From: an uncultured Spirochaetota bacterium
Lineage (GTDB): Bacteria; Spirochaetota; Brevinematia; Brevinematales; JAOACQ01
DNA length: 64,000 bases
Assembly (NCBI GenBank): GCA_963768055.1
Contig: CAVYGN010000002.1
Location: 1,088,001-1,152,000, forward strand
Direction of reading: 5' to 3'
Within the stretch, counting starts at the first letter, position 1. Each line of letters opens with the position of its first letter. Made by a program: the position numbers and the translations under genes. Under the pieces are notes generated by a model. The model ran no database searches. It had not been told where the DNA came from and worked only from the letters and a program-made list of their open reading frames with translations. Shown piece after piece: positions 40,969 through 48,927 of the stretch.

Positions 40969-41031
40969 ACATATTGATTTAAATATGGCAACAATATAAA
41001 ATATCATGAAGCTTCCCGGAGGAGGTCCCTG

Positions 41032-41535
41032 ATGACGCAGAAAAGATACCTGAGCATGACCCTTGTCATGTGCCTTTTAATGATCTCGATCGGCGGTTTC
41101 ATAATTCATACGACGAGTCATCCCGTTTCGGATAATCAGGCTTATTTAGTACCTTTCATAGCCGGTATTGTCAGCGTGCTGGTTCTTCCGATTATGTTCC
41201 TGAACAAACGTCTTATAGCTTACGCTTATCTGGCAAACGGCATGCTTGTAATTATAGGAACAATAACGATGCTGCATTTTACTTTTGTCAGCCTGCCCAG
41301 AAGATTCTCCCTCAATTACCTGATAATGAAAACCAATCTCCCTGAAATTCTCATACTCTGGGGGATTTTCGCGGTCGGAAAATTGATTTACGACCTCGAA
41401 TCAACGACCGTCAACAACCTTGACGCACAGAAACCCAAGGGCAAATTCATACGATTCCCGAACATGGGCTACTGGCTTATACACCTGGGGACTCTTTCCA
41501 TAGTGTATTACCTTGGCCATGTCCTGTGGAGATGA
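41032..41535 (+). CDS. Hypothetical membrane protein
   Basis: SD GGAGG, about 5 hydrophobic segments, several His residues. Confidence 0.7.
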   Translation: MTQKRYLSMTLVMCLLMISIGGFIIHTTSHPVSDNQAYLVPFIAGIVSVLVLPIMFLNKRLIAYAYLANGMLVIIGTITMLHFTFVSLPRRFSLNYLIMKTNLPEILILWGIFAVGKLIYDLESTTVNNLDAQKPKGKFIRFPNMGYWLIHLGTLSIVYYLGHVLWR

Positions 41536-41542
41536 TCTTTTT

Positions 41543-41571
41543 TTGATTTAACTAAAAGAAAGTCTTATAAT
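41543..41571 (+). promoter_or_regulatory. sigma70 promoter for the tRNA
   Basis: TTGATT-17 bp-TATAAT. Confidence 0.7.
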
Positions 41572-41585
41572 AACCGGCTTTTTTT

Positions 41586-41670
41586 GGAGAGATGTCCGAG
41601 TGGTTTAAGGAGCGCGCTTGGAAGGCGCGTGTACAGCAATGTACCGGGGGTTCGAATCCCCCTCTCTCCG
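41586..41670 (+). tRNA. tRNA-Ser(GGA), CCA not encoded
   Basis: Acceptor stem GGAGAGA/TCTCTCC + G; anticodon arm CGCGC-TTGGAAG-GCGCG; long variable arm; GGTTCGAATCC. Confidence 0.95.
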
Positions 41671-41820
41671 ATTCCTTCTCATACCTCATTTCATTGCAAT
41701 TAAAGCACTTACACCTCGACTGGTTCCCTAAACGGGAGCCTATCACTAAATTAGCTACAAAGTTCATTTATTGCTTTGGGGGTGTTTTCTATGCTACAAT
41801 TAATCATTGAGGTGCTAAAT

Positions 41821-43308
41821 ATGGCTTTATCTCCAGAAGAAAAAATTAAACTCCTGAAAATTATTCTTTCGGAATATGACTCAATTTCCTATGAAATTCA
41901 AGGTTTATATGATGACCCGATAACTTTTGCTGACAATAAAAACCTTATACTAAGAAGTATTGCTGACCCAGAATCAAAAAACCAGCGGAAATTATTTAAG
42001 TTTTTAGATGATTATTCTGAATTGAACAAACCCTTTATCGATGAATCAATAAGTAAAGAACAGCTTCAATCAGTTTTAAAAAACAAAGTCGGCAAGTTTT
42101 TTATGCAATTGCACGACAATGAATCGAAAAATATTTCCAATATAGTAAAAAAATCTAACGGTGTTTATTATTATAAACGGATGATAGACGGTAATAATAT
42201 TGAATTTTCATTACACACAAAGAACTATATCGAAGCTAATCAAAAGGCTATTGATTATAATAAAAAGCTTGAAGCTAAAATGTTTGATGAGAAATTCCTG
42301 GGCATAAACAATGATAAGAAAGAGCTCTCTCGAGTGCCTAAAAATACCGGTGCTATATCAATCCCAACAAAAAGAGAAGAAACAGATCCAAAAAGAACTT
42401 CTATGCCACATTTATTTGATATGTGGTTAGAAAAAGAAAAAGCATTAGGCAAGGCAAAAACATCTCTCGGGATAAAAAGAAATGTTTGCAATCACGTGAT
42501 TGATAAAATGAAAATATTTTCAATCAACAATATTGACCAGACTTTTATTAACAATTACATTAAATTCCTTTCAAAGTATGAAGTTAATTCCCGGAATAAA
42601 TTTCTTACTCAATTAAAAGCATTTCTCAACTTTCTGATTAAGAACGGCTTGTTTGATAGAAATAAATTGGATGTTTTAGATATTCCAGTTCCCAAGAATA
42701 CTGTGAAAGATACTTACATAGCAGAAGAAGATTTTGAAACAATAAAAAATTATATTAGAGAAAAAGACCCTGATTTTTATCTTTATATTATGACTCTATT
42801 TTATACTCTTTCAAGACCTTCCGAGGCTTTATACCTTAGAAAGCAAGACATAATTTATTCTGAGTCTATAATCAATATTACCATTTCTAAAACTGCCAGG
42901 TCAGGGAAGGACCACAAAACCATACCGATTTTAAATGAATATAAACCTTTGTTATTGGGTTATATTGAGAGTAATCATATTGAAGGATATATATTTAAGG
43001 GAGCTATGAAAGATGGTTTACCAGTTGATATTTCAAGACAAGACTTGATTAAATATATGCAAAATAATTCTTGTGAATATTATTCAAAGAAATTCAGGGA
43101 TGTCAGGGAAAAATTGAAATTGAATCCAGAATATAATTTGAGGGAATTTAGGAAAACATCTGAAATGCTGTTATCAAGAAGCGGAATACCTATTGAATTA
43201 TATACATTATTAGCTGGTAATAGTCCTAAAGTGGCATTAGAAAATTATACTCAATACAGAAAACAACATGATCTCCAAAAATTAAAAACAGTTGAAATAA
43301 AGTATTGA
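41821..43308 (+). CDS. Tyrosine recombinase/integrase with atypical catalytic motifs
   Basis: Arm-binding-like GVYYYKR...SLHTKN; SRPSE (R), SKTAR (K), LREFRKT, LAGNS, ENY (Y); SD GAGGTG. Confidence 0.85.
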   Translation: MALSPEEKIKLLKIILSEYDSISYEIQGLYDDPITFADNKNLILRSIADPESKNQRKLFKFLDDYSELNKPFIDESISKEQLQSVLKNKVGKFFMQLHDNESKNISNIVKKSNGVYYYKRMIDGNNIEFSLHTKNYIEANQKAIDYNKKLEAKMFDEKFLGINNDKKELSRVPKNTGAISIPTKREETDPKRTSMPHLFDMWLEKEKALGKAKTSLGIKRNVCNHVIDKMKIFSINNIDQTFINNYIKFLSKYEVNSRNKFLTQLKAFLNFLIKNGLFDRNKLDVLDIPVPKNTVKDTYIAEEDFETIKNYIREKDPDFYLYIMTLFYTLSRPSEALYLRKQDIIYSESIINITISKTARSGKDHKTIPILNEYKPLLLGYIESNHIEGYIFKGAMKDGLPVDISRQDLIKYMQNNSCEYYSKKFRDVREKLKLNPEYNLREFRKTSEMLLSRSGIPIELYTLLAGNSPKVALENYTQYRKQHDLQKLKTVEIKY

Positions 43309-43621
43309 TTTTGAGTCTAAATAAATCCCTTCCCTAAAATATTGAGTTTTACCACAGGTTGGCAATCTGACGCTCAACTGGAATGTAAAAAATTTAGGTA
43401 ATACAGGTAAAATTTTCCCTTAACTGAATATTTTGTTTTTAAATTAAATTTCAATAATTTTATATTTATTGGGGTACTTATCCCCTGTAAGCTACATTTT
43501 TACATTAGTTTTGTATCGCCCTGTATTTACAAGGGATTAAGAGTATATTTTGTACCATTATTTTTACATTATAGGAATAATTGTTGATAAGGCTTGCTTT
43601 GATAGTTGTTTTATAAAACAT

Positions 43622-43644
43622 AAAAAAAGGGGGGCTTTCCCCCC
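43622..43644 (-). terminator. Intrinsic terminator ending the recombination operon
   Basis: GGGGGG-AAAG-CCCCCC-TTTTTTT on the minus strand. Confidence 0.8.
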
Positions 43645-43658
43645 TACATTGAGAATGG

Positions 43659-43841
43659 TCAGTCCATCGGCTCTTGGGTGTTCTTTCCAGATAAACCAGC
43701 GATTATAATTCCTGCCAATATGCCTATTGCTCCACTTATATAGGGAATCGGCGTCTTTAGATTCGAAATTACCATATCACTCGCCTGTTGAAGCCCTTCA
43801 AGGACTGTCTGCCCGATATCGGTGATTACATCAAAGCTCAT
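43659..43841 (-). CDS. 60-aa membrane microprotein
   Basis: ATGA overlap with the upstream ORF; C-terminal Gly-rich TM segment. Confidence 0.6.
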   Translation of the reverse strand: MSFDVITDIGQTVLEGLQQASDMVISNLKTPIPYISGAIGILAGIIIAGLSGKNTQEPMD

Positions 43842-43972
43842 GATACCCTCCAAGATCTCTTCAGCAAGACTGATATGACGGCGACAACCGCACTGATACC
43901 GATACTTTTAAGGACTTCCACTAAAAGGTTTTCAGTATTCCTGGGTTCTTCGACAATCTTTTCTTTTGCCAT
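43838..43972 (-). CDS. Unannotated 44-aa membrane microprotein MAKEKIVEEPRNTENLLVEVLKSIGISAVVAVISVLLKRSWRVS
   Basis: SD AAGGAGGT; single TM segment; translationally coupled to the next ORF. Confidence 0.65.
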   Translation of the reverse strand: MAKEKIVEEPRNTENLLVEVLKSIGISAVVAVISVLLKRSWRVS

Positions 43973-43988
43973 ATTTCAATACCTCCTT

Positions 43989-44483
43989 TTACCGTATTTG
44001 AATGAAATTGCTCTTGCGAAGTTGTGCCCCAGGGATTTTGTTTCCCTTTTTCATATCATCCTTAATGTTTGACTTGCTCACTTTGATCTCGACCGTCTTA
44101 TACTTTGACGGTACAAGCTGTTCATTGGTGATTTCAACTGATTCGCTGTTGCGGAGTGAAACCTTGTATGTCCCGGCAGCCAGTTTATCCAGTTTCTTGA
44201 GAATCATGTAATCCTTGAGCCCGTTTTTGATTCTGGAAATGAGATTTTCTGCAGACGATTTCCTTTGTTCAATTCGGGCAATTTCCTTCTTGCAAGTTTC
44301 GGCGAAGCCTTCGGTATGGGTGATAAACTTGAGCATGTTGTTCACCTTATCGATAGAGGCTGTCTGACGAACAATCAGTTCCTTAACTAAATTGTTCCTG
44401 TCCTCATCTGTCAGATCCTCTTTGTCCCAGTTCCTGGTCAGCCAGTTGTCCAGCTCAATTTCGTTATAAAGTGTTAAGTTCAT
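43989..44483 (-). CDS. Siphovirus Gp157 family protein
   Basis: Coiled coil, VSLRNSESVEI, VPSKY, KSNIKDDMKKG..IPGAQL. Confidence 0.85.
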   Translation of the reverse strand: MNLTLYNEIELDNWLTRNWDKEDLTDEDRNNLVKELIVRQTASIDKVNNMLKFITHTEGFAETCKKEIARIEQRKSSAENLISRIKNGLKDYMILKKLDKLAAGTYKVSLRNSESVEITNEQLVPSKYKTVEIKVSKSNIKDDMKKGNKIPGAQLRKSNFIQIR

Positions 44484-45256
44484 GCGTGTACCTCCTCTTT
44501 TTTCTGTTCCCTCAAATAATTCAGGATTTTGAAAGCCTGGGGAAGAGTGAGTTGCATGAAGTTTCCTAAACCTTCCTGCATCACAAGGTCGTTGACATAT
44601 CCTTTATTGTTTCCGCAGAGTTCAAGCACCTGGTCGTAAAGGTGTTTGAGGTTCTTGGCTTCAGTTTCATGATTAATTTCCTCTTTAGTTTTAGCGGTTC
44701 GTTTACCAGGTGTCTTTTCTTCAACTTTAGGCGGATTTAATTTCACTGCACCTGTTCCCGTACCTTCATTTTCCACCAGTTCTTCAGCAAGAAATGGAAG
44801 GCTGGAAATTTCATTGGGGAAGGCAAGTCGAAAGCCTTGAGCTATGCAGACCTTGCGAAGCATAAAATCCTGCATCGATTTCCAGTTCCCTGTGCCCTTG
44901 TCGAAATCTGCCCTTTTGATTGACCATTCGATGGGGTGCTGAAAGTCTTTCCTGTAAATAGTGATTGTCGCGGTTTCACCGTCCGATTCAACTTTCCAGC
45001 CATCGAGCTTCCCAGATGCTTCAGCTCGCTTGATGTAAACGGTATACCCAGTAACCAATTTAAAAGAATTGCCATAGGTTATCGGGTAAATTTCACGGAA
45101 AAAAGGGTTCAAACTGTTCAACACTGCAACTTGAATGAACATTTTCTTCTGCTGGTCTGTGAGATAAAGGTTGGATGCTTTAAGATAATCCAGAATAACC
45201 TTTTCTGTGACTGCCACTTGAGCGCCTTTCAAAATACTCTTTGTTTGTTCGTCCAT
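44480..45256 (-). CDS. RecT/Red-beta single-strand annealing protein
   Basis: LNPFFREIY, MLRKVCIAQGFRLAFP. Confidence 0.85.
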   Translation of the reverse strand: MDEQTKSILKGAQVAVTEKVILDYLKASNLYLTDQQKKMFIQVAVLNSLNPFFREIYPITYGNSFKLVTGYTVYIKRAEASGKLDGWKVESDGETATITIYRKDFQHPIEWSIKRADFDKGTGNWKSMQDFMLRKVCIAQGFRLAFPNEISSLPFLAEELVENEGTGTGAVKLNPPKVEEKTPGKRTAKTKEEINHETEAKNLKHLYDQVLELCGNNKGYVNDLVMQEGLGNFMQLTLPQAFKILNYLREQKKEEVHA

Positions 45257-45304
45257 AAATATTACCTCCTTTTATGGAATGTGTCTTGATATTTTTCTTT
45301 TGAA

Positions 45305-46339
45305 TTATCTTTGAATAAGATCCATGGCAAGACTTTCAAGACCAATGGCTTTGTCCTGATTCTTTTCAGATTTTGAAAGAAGGCTGATTACATTTGCCAT
45401 TCTCCAGATTGATTTTCCCGATGGAAGAAGCTTGATGTCATTGTCTGAATCAAAGAGCACCTGAGCCTTTATCTTTTCATCCTTGCTCAGTTCTTTTATC
45501 GATTCAAGAAAGGCTTTTGTGTCCCTTATTTCCCTGTTCTGTGAATCTTTGATTTTGTCAGTTATAAGCTTGACTGTATTATCATTTCTGATAATATCTT
45601 TGATTTTGGATTGGAAGGACTTGTTTTCAAGCAGTAGTGTTTTATCGCTATAAATTGAATAATCTTCATCATCAAGCTCTGTTCTTCGCCCTATGTGTTT
45701 TCTCCTCATTACGTCCATCCCGATAAGCCCGTTCTGGCAGATTAAACGGATAACAAAAACTTCTATAGCAAAACTTCTTGCCCCATAATCTGAGGTTGAA
45801 ATCGAGAAACCTATAAGGATTTCATCACTGCCGATAGTAAGGATGTCAGGGCTTAAAAACCTGACCTGATATTGGCTGTCGGTGTTGAATGCTTTGTAGG
45901 GGAAATAACCGTTTTTCAGCATAGCCTCAATGAATGTTTCAAACATGGGCGAAGCATCCATCCTTTTGTATTGGGCGCTCAGAATCCCTTTAGCTGTGTC
46001 TCCCACTTCCCTTATGAGAATTGAATCCTGCAGGGTGTGTATCATCACCCTTAGGTTGGTTAAAGCAAGCTGATTCTGATTTGCTTTAAGCATTGAAGCA
46101 TAATAATTAGCCGGTAAACTTGCCTTATTGAGCATCTGCCCGAGACTCCAATCTGTGAGGGAAAGTTTTCTGCCGGCGACATAAAGCTTCAGCTTGTTTT
46201 CATCTTCAAATGAGAAGGCAATCTTGTCTGACTTGGCTAAAATGTCCTGCCTCAGTTTAAACTCTGCCATAATGTCAACCATTGTCTTGTTGACTTGTGC
46301 CTGACCATTGTTGATAATGGTTTGTAATGCTTTATTCAT
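45305..46339 (-). CDS. DUF932-like protein
   Basis: RLICQNG motif, ILSAQY, SDYG. Confidence 0.7.
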   Translation of the reverse strand: MNKALQTIINNGQAQVNKTMVDIMAEFKLRQDILAKSDKIAFSFEDENKLKLYVAGRKLSLTDWSLGQMLNKASLPANYYASMLKANQNQLALTNLRVMIHTLQDSILIREVGDTAKGILSAQYKRMDASPMFETFIEAMLKNGYFPYKAFNTDSQYQVRFLSPDILTIGSDEILIGFSISTSDYGARSFAIEVFVIRLICQNGLIGMDVMRRKHIGRRTELDDEDYSIYSDKTLLLENKSFQSKIKDIIRNDNTVKLITDKIKDSQNREIRDTKAFLESIKELSKDEKIKAQVLFDSDNDIKLLPSGKSIWRMANVISLLSKSEKNQDKAIGLESLAMDLIQR

Positions 46340-46743
46340 ATCGAACCTCCTTCTTCTTTAAAATATCCTTCTGATTCAAGTTCTTTCAGCCACAATGCCA
46401 TAAAGTCATTAAGCTGGCAATGGATCTGAAAATGAGAAAAGTTTGTAGGTGCATCACGGTTTATTTTTTCCATAAAGCTCAATACTTCCACCATATGCAC
46501 CCCTGGATAGAGTTTTACAGTCATTTCCAGAATTTTACCGTTTCCTCCTTGTAAAAGTGAAAGCTCAGTATTGCTGATTTTTTTAATGGTAAGCTTTGCA
46601 TCCGTGCCATTGTCAAAGCCGATAATCCGCTTTTCACTTGCCATAAAACTTTCAATGCCTCCTTCATTTTTCAGCAGTAGATCCAGTGCCTCATAAATTA
46701 TCTGGATAGTCATTTTACTCATTGGCTTAATCCTCCTTTTCAT
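46336..46743 (-). CDS. Hypothetical protein, DUF1249/DUF6908-like
   Basis: MVEVLSF and QLNDFMALWLKELESEGY. Confidence 0.5.
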   Translation of the reverse strand: MKRRIKPMSKMTIQIIYEALDLLLKNEGGIESFMASEKRIIGFDNGTDAKLTIKKISNTELSLLQGGNGKILEMTVKLYPGVHMVEVLSFMEKINRDAPTNFSHFQIHCQLNDFMALWLKELESEGYFKEEGGSI

Positions 46744-47911
46744 TTTTCTTAACCTCCTTTATCCAGTTTTCAATGATATTGCCCTTGGGGATTTTCATTT
46801 CTTTGAATTCATTCAGCAATTCCCAATATTCCTCAGAAAAGCCACAATACTGGAAGTATTCAGCTTTTGTTGGCTCATTGGTGCGATATTCATTGACAGC
46901 GAATGCTTTTGCATTGAGATAGTTTTGAACGATACTTTTTGCGACTTTTAGAAAGATCTTTAGATATTTTGGATGAGAAGCTATTTTTGTTGAAGGTAAT
47001 ATTATTTCAAAGCCATAACCCGTATCATCATATAATGTTTCCCTATCTCCCTTGATAACATCTTTACTGATGAAATAATCCAGAATATTAAGCAGTTCAT
47101 CATCAGGCTCATATTGAAAGCCCAGGAAAAACTGAATATGAATAGAATATGCTTCATTTATAGCCAGTCCACAATGAAGGGTATTATGACAGAACTGGAA
47201 TAAACATCTTAATCTCTCAATCAAAGTTTCCACATCTTCTGATGGTTCCGGTCTAAATACCAGGTGTTCAAAGTTATTATTAAGTCCGATTTCAAGATAA
47301 TTTGCAGTATAGGGGTAATCTTTGAACATTGCCTCCAGATATTCATCATAATCATCTTTTCCATGGACAGGGATTTCCTTCAGATGCTCTTGAAGCAAAG
47401 AATAAGGATTAATGATTTTTCCTGCAGAATTCATACAATCGAATTCAATGTTTGCCCCTATCTGGACACTGATTTCCTCTAGCTTTCTGTCTGGAATATG
47501 CTCAATGATCCTTTTGAGTAATTCTTGCCCCTCATTACTTTCAATAAGATTGGCTGTGTAAAGGGTGCTGGAATTGGGGAAATAAATTGCCACGGTCCCA
47601 TATCTGCATTTGTTATAGGCAAGATAAGCAAAGTAAGGTTTTTCCGTATGATGAATTAATCTGGGCTTCCATTTCTTAATAGTGGAATATAGTCCCCTTG
47701 AAATGTTCTTTGGTAGGGCAATGTTATTGAGAATCTTGCCCTCAATCTCTTCTATTGTATCAATGATGATGGAATTATCGAGGTTTTCAGCAACATCAAT
47801 TGCCAGAACTTTCACTATCCCCTTCTGCCTCAATAGAACGAAATTTTCACTGCAGAACTGGTCAAGGAGCCTCTTGTTATTGTTAGGTATGCTGTTAATT
47901 TGATAGAGCAT
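46727..47911 (-). CDS. Hypothetical protein with degenerate phage-type COOH-NH2 ligase (amidoligase)-like domain
   Basis: IGANIEF, FRPEPS, SIHIQF and YGFEIILPS echo GADPEF / ELRPxP / GGHIHF / GFEYRTLPS. Confidence 0.45.
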   Translation of the reverse strand: MLYQINSIPNNNKRLLDQFCSENFVLLRQKGIVKVLAIDVAENLDNSIIIDTIEEIEGKILNNIALPKNISRGLYSTIKKWKPRLIHHTEKPYFAYLAYNKCRYGTVAIYFPNSSTLYTANLIESNEGQELLKRIIEHIPDRKLEEISVQIGANIEFDCMNSAGKIINPYSLLQEHLKEIPVHGKDDYDEYLEAMFKDYPYTANYLEIGLNNNFEHLVFRPEPSEDVETLIERLRCLFQFCHNTLHCGLAINEAYSIHIQFFLGFQYEPDDELLNILDYFISKDVIKGDRETLYDDTGYGFEIILPSTKIASHPKYLKIFLKVAKSIVQNYLNAKAFAVNEYRTNEPTKAEYFQYCGFSEEYWELLNEFKEMKIPKGNIIENWIKEVKKNEKED

Positions 47912-48014
47912 ATAGATATCCTCCGTTTTTTTGTTTGGAGGATGATACTGGATTGGGGGGAGGGATACGAAAAAGAGATGGACAAAGGAAGAGAGGAGTG
48001 ATATAATTAAATGT

Positions 48015-48686
48015 GTGATTAATCTAAGTAGATATAATAATATGATTACAAAAGAATTAGATTATAATTGGTTATTTTCAACCATTTCCCAATCATTTGC
48101 GGCAATAGTTGGATTAATTGGTGCTTTTATAATTTCAAAAATAATAACAAATCAAACTGAATATAAAAATAAAATATCAAAGTTAGAAAATAATTTAATT
48201 AAGTCAAGTGCATTATTAGAAATCTTAGTTCATTATCCAAATAAAAATTCAGAATTAGAAGCAAAATCTATTGTGGCTTCCAATTGCTCATTGTTCTATT
48301 GTATAAAAAATGAAACGGAATATTCTAAATTTTTAAAATTTTCAATTATCATTGTCATCATTATTTTTATATTAGGGGTTTTTGTTCCTTTATTATATAT
48401 TCCGACAAATGAGTCATTAATTATTAAAATAAATCCAGCCAAATTAATAATCCTTTTAGTATCAATAGCTACAATAGTGTTTTTTTCCAATTTTATTATT
48501 GAAACAAACAAATTAAAATATAACACAAAAATGAATAAACCAATAATTACAATGTTATCAAAGTTATTAAAAAATGAAATATTTTTACTTAGAAATGATG
48601 AAGGTATTTCTAACGGAAATAATGATATTAAAAGAACTGCGTTAATTAAAGAAATCAATACTACTTTAGAAAATTGGAAAAAGTGA
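48015..48686 (+). CDS. Hypothetical membrane protein
   Basis: Three hydrophobic segments, very AT-rich. Confidence 0.6.
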   Translation: MINLSRYNNMITKELDYNWLFSTISQSFAAIVGLIGAFIISKIITNQTEYKNKISKLENNLIKSSALLEILVHYPNKNSELEAKSIVASNCSLFYCIKNETEYSKFLKFSIIIVIIIFILGVFVPLLYIPTNESLIIKINPAKLIILLVSIATIVFFSNFIIETNKLKYNTKMNKPIITMLSKLLKNEIFLLRNDEGISNGNNDIKRTALIKEINTTLENWKK

Positions 48687-48798
48687 AGATATTTTATTTT
48701 TTATAAATTGAAGGACTTTGTAAAATAAATATAAGTAAAAATTTTTTTTGTAATTTGATAATCTCAAATCCCTGGAAGGTAAAAACTGGGGAATGTGA

Positions 48799-48903
48799 TG
48801 GACCTAATATACTGGGGAACGGCTCTGAACTATTTTGCCCCGCATTTTGGGGATTAGGTAATGTTTGATTAAAACCAATTTACACAGAATTTCTGACACA
48901 CCC
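48799..48903 (+). mobile_element. IS256-family remnant (transposase C-terminus + right terminal repeat)
   Basis: Translates to WGTALNYFAPHFGD*, then TTTACACAGAATTTCTGACACACCC. Confidence 0.65.
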
Positions 48904-48927
48904 CCGACAATAAATTTGTTAATTCGA

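Noticed and set aside
41552..41810. ORFs 41552..41767 and 41592..41810
   Set aside because: They overlap the tRNA-Ser gene and are spurious
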